A stretch of DNA of 53,832 nt from an uncultured Candidatus Sumerlaeota bacterium (lineage in GTDB: Bacteria; CAYMEV01): assembly GCA_964389675.1 (NCBI GenBank), contig CAYMEV010000023.1:1-53832 (forward strand), given 5' to 3'. This document shows, in pieces, positions 10,428 to 19,018 of this stretch (the stretch's first letter is position 1; every line of letters begins with the position of its first letter). The notes beneath the pieces were generated by a model. The model saw only the letters and a program-made list of their open reading frames with translations. It had not been told where the DNA came from and searched no databases. A program made the position numbers and the translations under genes.

Positions 10428-12311
10428 TTACCTTCTTTTGCGCTTGGTAAGCAGGATCACACTGCGAAGCTCCCTGTCATTCTTTGCATTCATCCATTCC
10501 TTGTGGAAATCAGGGTCCTGGAGTATCTGAGCGATGAACATCAGAGCCCTTAGATGAAAATTCCTTTCATCTTTTGTCCCGATAAGGCAAAAGGCAGTAT
10601 ATACCACTTCGCCCTCCTCATTCCAGATGATGCCGAACTTGTTTCTGACAAGGACAATATCATATTTGTGTTCGCCTGTAATAACAATATGGGGTATAGC
10701 ATGAGGCAGTGCCACTCCGGGATAGATGAGCGTTGATGCAAGGACTTCCCTCTCATTGAGCTTCTGTTCAACCTCATCTTTATCAATATTCCATTTTTTA
10801 CTGACCTTTGCAGCAATAAGCTTAAACAGCTCATCACGGTCTAAAGTCTTCTTAAGGTCAATGACCAGGGCACCTTTTATGATCTGGTCGAAACGGTCCA
10901 GGATAATTTCATCCCTTTCTATAAGTATGTCCAGAAGCTCCTCTTCAAGGCCCTTACCCTCATCATCAAGCTCAGGGGCTGTATGCTTTTCTATCATGTG
11001 CACCAGGACTGATTTCCTCTTTACTCTCTTTCTTGCATAGAGGAAATACCAGATGAGGGCAAGCACGATAAAGACCGATGCAATAACAGTTGTAAATATC
11101 CCCATTTTAATGATCAGAAAGACATAAACAACCATGCCGAAAAACTGAATGAAGGGAAACAAAGGAGATTTGAAAGCCGGTTTATAGTTTGATATCTTTG
11201 AGGTTCTGACTACTATAAGCGCAAGGTTCACTGTGGCAAATTCGAGGAGAAGGAACAGGGAAGCGACCTTTGCAAGCTTTTCAATATTAAGCAGAAATAT
11301 GACAGTAAGCATGAAAAGGGATGTAAGGATAATAGATATATATGGAATCTTGTTCTTTCTGCTTACACGGCTTATTGATGAGGGGATCAGGCCATCCCTG
11401 CTCATGGAAAGCGGTACCCTTGAAGCTGCCATTATGCCCGCATTTGCAGTTGTTATAAATGCAAGGATTGCCGCTGCGGCTGTCATGATAAGGGCGATAT
11501 TCCTTACGCCTGTGCCTTCGAAAACATACAGCGCTGTATCTGTTACCGGGGTCTGTGATGAGCAGAGAAGTTCCCGGGGCATTATCCCTATGATAACAAA
11601 GACAACAAGAATATAAAGCGTCTGTACTACCAGGAAGGCTGTTATTGCACCCATTGGAAGGTTCTTCTGCGGATTCTTCACCTCCTCGGAGATACTTGCT
11701 ATTTTGGTAAGCCCCCCATAGGATATAAAGACCATCCCGGTAACGGTCAAAACCTTTCCCCAGTCTATTTCAGGGAATATATCGCCAATGACTCTCAGAT
11801 CCATTTCCCTGTAGCCGAAGAGTATAAAGAGGAAGAGAATTAACAGCAGAAAGCCTACCATAATATTCTGCAGCCTGCCTGAAGATCTCACGCTAAGCAG
11901 ATTGATGGCAGTAAAGAAAAGGCATGCCGATCCTGCAGCCAGCTTCATCTCCCATTCAGTAATTGAGGGATTTATAAGTTTTGTAAAAACCCCTATACCT
12001 ATCAGCGCAAAAGCGCTTTTAAGGCTTATGGAAAACCAGTTGCCGAATCCGTCGATGACCCCCGCAGCATTTCCGAGTATCCTGTCTGCAAAGAAATAGG
12101 TTCCGCCTGCCTTTGGTAATGCTGTGGCAAGCTCAAGCTTTGAAAAAAGAGCAGGAAGCATTAAGATGCCGGCAAAAAAATAGGAAAATATAATAGCTTT
12201 TCCAGCTATTGAATAGGCAATTGCAGGAAGCACAAACAAGCCTGAACTTATCATGGCGCCTGAGGCGATACTGAAAACATCAAGTGCCTTAAGCTGTTTT
12301 TTAAGATACAT
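10428..12311 (-). CDS. APC-family amino acid permease fused to a C-terminal PTS EIIA (Ntr/Fru-type) domain
   Basis: GAMISSGLFVLP, ELATALPKAGGTY, SEEVKNP; 12 TM-like segments; C-terminal ERE..ST...GVALPH...HLRAL..IAQ. Confidence 0.9.
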   Translation of the reverse strand: MYLKKQLKALDVFSIASGAMISSGLFVLPAIAYSIAGKAIIFSYFFAGILMLPALFSKLELATALPKAGGTYFFADRILGNAAGVIDGFGNWFSISLKSAFALIGIGVFTKLINPSITEWEMKLAAGSACLFFTAINLLSVRSSGRLQNIMVGFLLLILFLFILFGYREMDLRVIGDIFPEIDWGKVLTVTGMVFISYGGLTKIASISEEVKNPQKNLPMGAITAFLVVQTLYILVVFVIIGIMPRELLCSSQTPVTDTALYVFEGTGVRNIALIMTAAAAILAFITTANAGIMAASRVPLSMSRDGLIPSSISRVSRKNKIPYISIILTSLFMLTVIFLLNIEKLAKVASLFLLLEFATVNLALIVVRTSKISNYKPAFKSPLFPFIQFFGMVVYVFLIIKMGIFTTVIASVFIVLALIWYFLYARKRVKRKSVLVHMIEKHTAPELDDEGKGLEEELLDILIERDEIILDRFDQIIKGALVIDLKKTLDRDELFKLIAAKVSKKWNIDKDEVEQKLNEREVLASTLIYPGVALPHAIPHIVITGEHKYDIVLVRNKFGIIWNEEGEVVYTAFCLIGTKDERNFHLRALMFIAQILQDPDFHKEWMNAKNDRELRSVILLTKRKRR

Positions 12312-12506
12312 TTTTTTATTATTGCATATTCTCGTGAACAGTCAATATTGATTTTTTTTGAAATGGGCATTAAAGGAGGCATTCAATTTGAATTTTACGG
12401 TCAATCTCAAATCCTTCTGATTTATACCCTTTTTTATTTTTTACTTAAATCATTTATATTGATTATTTTGCTGAATTCTGTAAGAATTTCATATACCGCT
12501 GGAAAA

Positions 12507-15500
12507 ATGAAGAACTTAATACCAGAATTCATATTACACAGGCTCAGGGAAAATACCCTGAAGGGTGAAATTGACAGCTATACAGTGTTTATAGACATGT
12601 CAGGGTTTACAAGGATGAGCCAGGACCTTATGAAATATGAGAAAGAAGGCTCAGAGCTTCTCTGCTCTATTATAAACAGGGTCTTTACTGAAGCTATAGA
12701 TTCGGTTCATAATAATGGCGGGTTCATTACCACATTTGCAGGTGATGCTTTCACAGCAGTCTTTGATAAAAGAGAGGTTCCCTTGCCCTGTGTCCTTAAA
12801 GCATGCACAGAGATCAGTAAAAAAATAACCGGCCTTGGAGATATCGAGACTGAAATGGGCAATTTCCCTGTATCTGTAAAAATTGGAATCTCTGAAGGGA
12901 TTGTCAAATGGGGAATCCTGAAAACAGATGCAAATTACAGCTTCTACTTCAGGGGAGAAGGTATTGACAATGCAGCATTTGCTGAACACCAGGCCCGCAG
13001 GAATGACATCATCCTGGACAAAAGGATCCTGAAGAACAGCAGAGAGATCGAAGATCATCTGCATTATTTGCCCAAAAGAGGGAACTATGCCAGGCTTATC
13101 AGGTTTGATCACACCGGATGCCCGAAGAGGCCTGCTGAAAAAGCCGATTCAGGCATGATAAGGCATTTCGTACCTGACTCAGTAAGCAAATTGAAGGCAA
13201 AGGGAGAGTTCAGGGAGCTGCTGAGCATGTTTCTGACTTTCAGGGAGAATGAGGGCTTTTTAGAGGGGATCGCAAAAGCTATAAATCTTTCAAAAATATA
13301 CGGTGCTTACCTGAAGCAGATAGATTTCGGCGACAAGGGAGGCACACTTCTTTTCTTTTTCGGAGCGCCTGTCGCAATGGAAAAGCCATTTGACAGGGCT
13401 GCAGAGTTTTCTCTTGAGTGCCTCAGGATAAATGAGCTTTCCTGCAGGATAGCCCTTACCTATGGCAGGGCTTTTGCAGGATTCATCGGAAGCACTGAAA
13501 GGTGTGAATACGGTGCTTTGGGCAATGTTGTCAATAAGAGTGCCAGGATAAACATGGTAACGGACTGGAACTCCATTTCAGCAGATAAAATAGTATACAG
13601 CAGGATCAAGGACAGGTTTATTGCAGAACTGACGGACAGCAGGGATTTTAAGGGATTTTACGGCAAGCTGGACTATTACAGGATTATCAGGAAGATGGCA
13701 AAACGTAAAAAGGTCCAGTACAGGGGCAAAATCTTCGCAAGGGATAAAGAACTATCACTGCTTTCAGACAGGATTAAGGCACTGAACAGCGGAAAATTCG
13801 GCGGCCTGATATATATAAACGGCGACCCTGGCATAGGCAAGACACGCCTTATCTGGGAGCTTAAGAAAAACCTGGATGAAAAAGAGCTCTACTGGGTATA
13901 TATGCCATGCGACCCTATCCTGAAAAACAGCTTCAATCCTGTTAAATATTTCCTGAGAAATTTCTTTGACTGCAGTGATGAGCTGGATAATGAGATAAAT
14001 AAGAGATCATTCGAATCAAAAATTGATCTTATAATGGGATCGATCGATGATGAGTACCTGAAAAAGGAACTGGACAGAACAAAGCCCCTGACAGGAAGCC
14101 TTGCAGGAATTTCCTTCGAGGGCTCTCTTTTCAGCAGTATGAGCTCAAAGACCAGGCATGAGAACACGATCTACTCCCTGAAAAACCTGATAAAAGCCTT
14201 GAGCATGATAAAGCCTGTGGTGATCGAGCTGGATGACGGCCAGTGGATCGATCCCGAAACACATGATTTTTTGGGCAGGCTGGTAGAAAATTTGGAGGAT
14301 CATCCCATCCTAATACTGAGTGAATGCAGGTACCAGGACAATGGCGAGAGGTTCAGCTTTAACTTTAAGGGCATAGGGTCATGCACAAACAGCATAGACC
14401 TTGAATATTTTGACAAAGAAACTATAAGAAGCTTTATTCTCGACTTTTACAGCATAGAAGAAGTAACTGACGAGACAGTGGAATATATATTTAAATATTC
14501 TTCAGGCAATCCATTCTTTCTGGAGCAGATACTATCCTTCATACAGGAGAACAGCCTCATTGATAAGAAAGGCAGTATCAGCAGGGAAAAGATCAGGATA
14601 CCATCTGACATAAACTCTCTTATCATTGCAAGGATCGACAGGCTTTCGGAGGACTTAAAGGAGCTCATAAAGACAGCATCTGTGCTTGGCATTGAATTCC
14701 CCGTAAAGATCCTGCAGAGCATGCTTTCCGGAGAAAGAATAGACGATAAGATAAAAAAGGTGGAGGATGAGCAGATATGGATACCATTTACCAGGATCAG
14801 CTACCTGTTCAGGCATATGCTCATAAGGGAATCAGTATATCAGATCCAGCTCAGGGAGACCCTTAGAAAGCTTCACAGCCTTGCTGCAAAAACCATTACA
14901 GAGATCTATGCTGACGATCTTGAACCCCAGTACCCTGCCCTTGCAAACCATTATGAAAAAGCAGAGAATACAGAAGAGGCCGTAAAATATATCAGGCTTT
15001 CCATAAAAAGCTTCAAAAAGCAGTACCAGAATAAAAAAGCCCTTGAGTATTATGACAGGCTTTTAAGATATATTGAGGATCCGGAAGAGAAAATGAATAT
15101 TAAATTATCCAGAATGACACTCCTTAATGAGACTGGCAGGCTCAATGATTCGCTCTCCCTGGGGCTTGAAGTCCTGGAAGATGCACAGGAGAGGCATTTT
15201 GAAGCCATCGTACCGCGGGCCTGTTTAAACCTCGGCATAGTGAGCAACCTTCTTTTTAAGCTGGATGAAGCTGTTGGATATTTCATGCGTATTCTGGAAC
15301 CTTCTTCAAAATGCGAGGATAAAAATCTGATTGCAAGCGCTTATCAGTGCCTGGGAAAGAATTATCACCACAGGGGTTATGATGATCAAGCCCTTGTGTA
15401 TTTTCAGAAAGCGCTTGATATCTATAAAGAAATAAATGACAGTATAGGCATAGCAAACTGCTATAACGATATAGCCATATTCTGCGGAAGGCAGGCAGGG

Positions 15501-16340
15501 CTTGACAGGGTTCTGGATTATCTTTTCAGGGCATATGATATTTTCAAAAAAGAGGGTGATATTAATTTTCAGCTCATACCCCTTTCAAACATAGGCCTTA
15601 CATACTTTGAGGTGTACCTTGACCTCGAGAGATCCAATTCCTATTATGAAAAAGCTGTTGATATAGCAGAAAGGACAGGCAATTACAGAACACTGCAGTA
15701 CCTCTATCTGAACCTGAGCTCTAATTACTGCGCCCTGCATGATTACGGGAAAGCCTATGATTTTATCATGAAAGCCATACACTACTGTCAGGAGATGAAT
15801 GACAGAGACAATCTTTCGCAGTGTTATATCGGCCTGGGTGAGATATATTATCAGCAGAAGGAATATGACAGGTCCCTGGAATATATAGACAGGGCTATCA
15901 GCATCACAAAAACACATAAGAATATGAACCTTCGTTTAATTGATCAGAAATTCGCAAAGATCATTCCGTTGATCGATCTGAAACGATATCAGGAAGCATA
16001 TTCAGAATTAAGTGATATTAAAAGGCTGTACAGGCAGTTTGATATAAAATCCTTAAAAGAATATATCAGGATATATGAATTTAAGATAAAGCACCTGATG
16101 AACTTCAAAACTGCACTGAAGAATATGAAGGCCCTTCTGAAGGACAATCTCTGCAGTCATAGTGAAGCCCTTGTATTATATATTCTCTGGCAGTTCACCG
16201 GGGATGAAAAATACCGCACTCAGGCCCTTGGAAAATACAGGGAGCTGGTTGATGGCCAGGCTGATGATTATAAAAGCTTTCAGTATACTGAAAGAGTAAA
16301 AGAATTAGAGGACAGCGCATCAGCAGGATCTCATCATTGA
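12507..16340 (+). CDS. Cyclase - STAND ATPase - TPR protein, paralogue 2
   Basis: Start moved to MKNLIPEF by homology with the paralogues; FIDMSGFT, FAGDA, GDKG, VNKSAR; GDPGIGKT; IELDDGQW; GNPFF; about 8 TPR units. Confidence 0.88.
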   Translation: MKNLIPEFILHRLRENTLKGEIDSYTVFIDMSGFTRMSQDLMKYEKEGSELLCSIINRVFTEAIDSVHNNGGFITTFAGDAFTAVFDKREVPLPCVLKACTEISKKITGLGDIETEMGNFPVSVKIGISEGIVKWGILKTDANYSFYFRGEGIDNAAFAEHQARRNDIILDKRILKNSREIEDHLHYLPKRGNYARLIRFDHTGCPKRPAEKADSGMIRHFVPDSVSKLKAKGEFRELLSMFLTFRENEGFLEGIAKAINLSKIYGAYLKQIDFGDKGGTLLFFFGAPVAMEKPFDRAAEFSLECLRINELSCRIALTYGRAFAGFIGSTERCEYGALGNVVNKSARINMVTDWNSISADKIVYSRIKDRFIAELTDSRDFKGFYGKLDYYRIIRKMAKRKKVQYRGKIFARDKELSLLSDRIKALNSGKFGGLIYINGDPGIGKTRLIWELKKNLDEKELYWVYMPCDPILKNSFNPVKYFLRNFFDCSDELDNEINKRSFESKIDLIMGSIDDEYLKKELDRTKPLTGSLAGISFEGSLFSSMSSKTRHENTIYSLKNLIKALSMIKPVVIELDDGQWIDPETHDFLGRLVENLEDHPILILSECRYQDNGERFSFNFKGIGSCTNSIDLEYFDKETIRSFILDFYSIEEVTDETVEYIFKYSSGNPFFLEQILSFIQENSLIDKKGSISREKIRIPSDINSLIIARIDRLSEDLKELIKTASVLGIEFPVKILQSMLSGERIDDKIKKVEDEQIWIPFTRISYLFRHMLIRESVYQIQLRETLRKLHSLAAKTITEIYADDLEPQYPALANHYEKAENTEEAVKYIRLSIKSFKKQYQNKKALEYYDRLLRYIEDPEEKMNIKLSRMTLLNETGRLNDSLSLGLEVLEDAQERHFEAIVPRACLNLGIVSNLLFKLDEAVGYFMRILEPSSKCEDKNLIASAYQCLGKNYHHRGYDDQALVYFQKALDIYKEINDSIGIANCYNDIAIFCGRQAGLDRVLDYLFRAYDIFKKEGDINFQLIPLSNIGLTYFEVYLDLERSNSYYEKAVDIAERTGNYRTLQYLYLNLSSNYCALHDYGKAYDFIMKAIHYCQEMNDRDNLSQCYIGLGEIYYQQKEYDRSLEYIDRAISITKTHKNMNLRLIDQKFAKIIPLIDLKRYQEAYSELSDIKRLYRQFDIKSLKEYIRIYEFKIKHLMNFKTALKNMKALLKDNLCSHSEALVLYILWQFTGDEKYRTQALGKYRELVDGQADDYKSFQYTERVKELEDSASAGSHH

Positions 16341-16344
16341 GGCA

Positions 16345-16384
16345 GGATAAAGGGCCTGACCTGGTACCGGCAGGCCCTTTATCC
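16345..16384. terminator. Hairpin between convergent genes (probable bidirectional terminator)
   Basis: Perfect 14-bp inverted repeat GGATAAAGGGCCTG / CAGGCCCTTTATCC directly between two stop codons. Confidence 0.7.
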
Positions 16385-16389
16385 ATATA

Positions 16390-18846
16390 TTATTTCTCTT
16401 CCTCTTCTGTTTTCAGGACAGGCAGAAGGATATGGGAAGGATATTCCTCTGAATGATAGATCCTCTGCTTAGCCTTTACGGATTCTGTCTCCATCTCATT
16501 ATGCCCGCCTGTATTCAGGTTCCTTGAAAATGCCGGGAAAAGAGCTGAAGAGACTTCTACCCTTATGCGGTGGCCTTTCTGGAATGTAATCCCTGTCTGC
16601 CAGAGGTCAATGCTATATTCATATACCATGCCTTTTTCCAGAAGTTCAGGCTTTCTTGTGCTGTTCCTGAACCTTGCCCTGACAGTACCCCTGGCAAGAG
16701 GGAGAATATTACCTTCTTCATCAACATCCATCAGTGTCACAAACCAGTCAGTATCCACAGCTGAGGATGAAGCATAGATAACAGCACTCAGCGGGCCGCC
16801 GACAGTAATCCCTTCAGTCAGGGGTTCAGTCCGGTACACAAGTATATCATCCCTGGAATCCGTAACACTGTTATGGAATGCCTTCTGCTTCTCCTTCCTC
16901 TTTTCCAGGTCAACTGTCCCCTTCTTTTCCTCTTCAATCTCCTCTTTGCTCTTATAATAGTATGAAGGCCAAGGTGTAGGGTCTTTGGGGTCATATAAAT
17001 ATGCGTCATATTCCCTTTTATCTTCCCTTATTTCAAAAGATAGCTTACCGTCGCCTTTTGAGGTATTTGCCCCTTTACAGCTGCTCAGGTACAGCGGCCT
17101 GAACTCAGTCTGAGGCAGTGGGTAGGCGTCTCCTGTATGCCATTTATTTGAAAACATGGTAAATATCTGCACCATTGGCTCATTCTCAATATTATTCTCC
17201 ATACCTTTCAGGAAGCGGTCAAACCACCTTAGATACAGCTGCTGAAGGTCCAATGCAGCCTCCACGCCAAAATCAAAATCACCTATGGTACTGCTGGACT
17301 GGTCAGTATGCCCCCACGGGCCCAGGATAAGCTTTATATAAGGGCTTTCTGACTCTTTCAAAGCCATATAATTAAGCTTGCTCCCTATTCCGTCACCGTC
17401 GAACCATCCTGACTGCAGAAATACAGGAATCTTCAATTCCTTCAGCTTTTCCATGAAATTTGCCTTTTCCCAGTATTCATTATTGGTATTGTTGATTATC
17501 CATTTTCTCCAGTAGGGGTTTTCCCTGCCGAATATCTCTTTATCAAGGTCAATTACCGGCAGTTTTTTGAGTATCTCTTCATATTTGCGTTCAGAGATCC
17601 TGGCAAGGGCCTTGCCTGAGATATCAGCAGTAGCCTCGCTTTCAAGTATTTCAGCCCACCAGATCGAGCCGAGGATAAAGAATGTTCCATACTCATAGGG
17701 TATATTATAGAATGGGTCTGGCGGAGCAACATTAGGGATAATTGTTGTAAGATGCGGCGGTTTGATTGATGCTGCCCAGAGCTGTACCCATCCGACATAG
17801 GAACCGCCTATCATACCGACCTTTTCATTCGACCAGGGCTGTGATGCAAGCCATTCTACAGTGTCATACCCGTCTTCTGCCTCATTTATGAAGGGTTCCC
17901 ATACACCTTCTGAGGCAAACCTTCCCCTGCAGTCCTGTATGGCAGTCGCATAGCCCCTCCTTGCCCAGTAATCTCCTGTCATATAGCTCATTTCCTTGCT
18001 GTAGGGAGTCCTTACAAGGACAGCCGGAAATTTTTCCTCCTCTTTGGCCTCAGGAAGGTAAAGGTCAGTTGCAAGCTTTACACCATCTCTCATGGGTATC
18101 ATTATCTCTTTCTTTTCATAGGTAAATACAGGGTTTGATACGGATTCATCCGCCTCCTCCAGGTGCATCAGCTCCTCATAACCCTCCCTTACATATCTTA
18201 CATACTGGACAGGAACATCCATAAGGTAGATCCTGCCTTCCTCGTCAGCCCAGAGCTCCAGGCCAATCCCTGCCATTTTCATGCTGTAAAGCCTGAAATT
18301 GATGTCTTCTCCCTTGACACTGCAGGTTTTATCCCCGATATATTCCAGCTCCGCGTCCATGGTCGCTGCAGGAGCAATAAACCGTGAGAAGGTCTGGCTG
18401 CCCCCATCCTCATGCGAATAATTCCTGATCATAAAGCTGTCAAATGTAGGCCCGTAGCTGTCATAGATTATATGGTCATCAGCAAGCTCCAGGGAAAAAG
18501 TTGTTCCTTTGCTTTCAAGAGTGTATTCAGCCCTGTCTCCGATCCTCTTTACTGTTACTGTCTCATTCGGGAGGGTAAATCTTATGCTCTCCCATAAGCC
18601 TGTATCGTCGGATTCAATCTCCATATCCATTGATAATTCCTGTTCCCCGATGGACAGAACGAAACTGCGTGTGTAATCCCCCTCTTTGCTGAGTTTTGAC
18701 CTGATAGTGCCAAGCTTTGCTTCATTCTTGTAAATGGTGAAGACTGCCTCCTCCTCAAATCCGCTTAAAGGCATCGGCTCTGCGCTTTCCTGTGCCTGAA
18801 GGGCAATAGCCGGCAACAGCAGGAAAATAATAAGTATCCTTTTCAT
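16390..18846 (-). CDS. Secreted CocE/NonD family serine hydrolase (peptidase S15-like) with extra N-terminal domain
   Basis: SD AAGGAGG before MKRILII; signal peptide; PMRDGVKLATDLY, RTPY, QDCRGRFASEG, nucleophile GGSYVG, GWFD, GPWGH, C-terminal GHRIRVEVSS..FP. Confidence 0.9.
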   Translation of the reverse strand: MKRILIIFLLLPAIALQAQESAEPMPLSGFEEEAVFTIYKNEAKLGTIRSKLSKEGDYTRSFVLSIGEQELSMDMEIESDDTGLWESIRFTLPNETVTVKRIGDRAEYTLESKGTTFSLELADDHIIYDSYGPTFDSFMIRNYSHEDGGSQTFSRFIAPAATMDAELEYIGDKTCSVKGEDINFRLYSMKMAGIGLELWADEEGRIYLMDVPVQYVRYVREGYEELMHLEEADESVSNPVFTYEKKEIMIPMRDGVKLATDLYLPEAKEEEKFPAVLVRTPYSKEMSYMTGDYWARRGYATAIQDCRGRFASEGVWEPFINEAEDGYDTVEWLASQPWSNEKVGMIGGSYVGWVQLWAASIKPPHLTTIIPNVAPPDPFYNIPYEYGTFFILGSIWWAEILESEATADISGKALARISERKYEEILKKLPVIDLDKEIFGRENPYWRKWIINNTNNEYWEKANFMEKLKELKIPVFLQSGWFDGDGIGSKLNYMALKESESPYIKLILGPWGHTDQSSSTIGDFDFGVEAALDLQQLYLRWFDRFLKGMENNIENEPMVQIFTMFSNKWHTGDAYPLPQTEFRPLYLSSCKGANTSKGDGKLSFEIREDKREYDAYLYDPKDPTPWPSYYYKSKEEIEEEKKGTVDLEKRKEKQKAFHNSVTDSRDDILVYRTEPLTEGITVGGPLSAVIYASSSAVDTDWFVTLMDVDEEGNILPLARGTVRARFRNSTRKPELLEKGMVYEYSIDLWQTGITFQKGHRIRVEVSSALFPAFSRNLNTGGHNEMETESVKAKQRIYHSEEYPSHILLPVLKTEEEEK

Positions 18847-19018
18847 TAGAAACCTCCTTATAAAATAACCCATCACTTTGTAATACGCTTTCAGGCTGAT
18901 TTTGTTAGTTTTATCGGACAATAGCTTATACCAGCATATCCTGCCATATAATTTTATTCTTTACAAGTTGCTTTAAGATTCTTATGTTATGCTGAAGAAT
19001 ACTAAGGGGTAGATATTT

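Noticed and set aside
12348-12506. 53-aa N-terminal extension of paralogue 2 given in the ORF track
   Set aside because: AT-rich promoter-like DNA; homology with the other paralogues begins at MKNLIP (12507). Similar over-extensions were trimmed for the CocE, phosphoesterase, crtN, crtP and paralogue 4 genes
18860-19018. T-box or SAM leader before metG
   Set aside because: Short AT-rich divergent promoter region without T-box or S-box consensus
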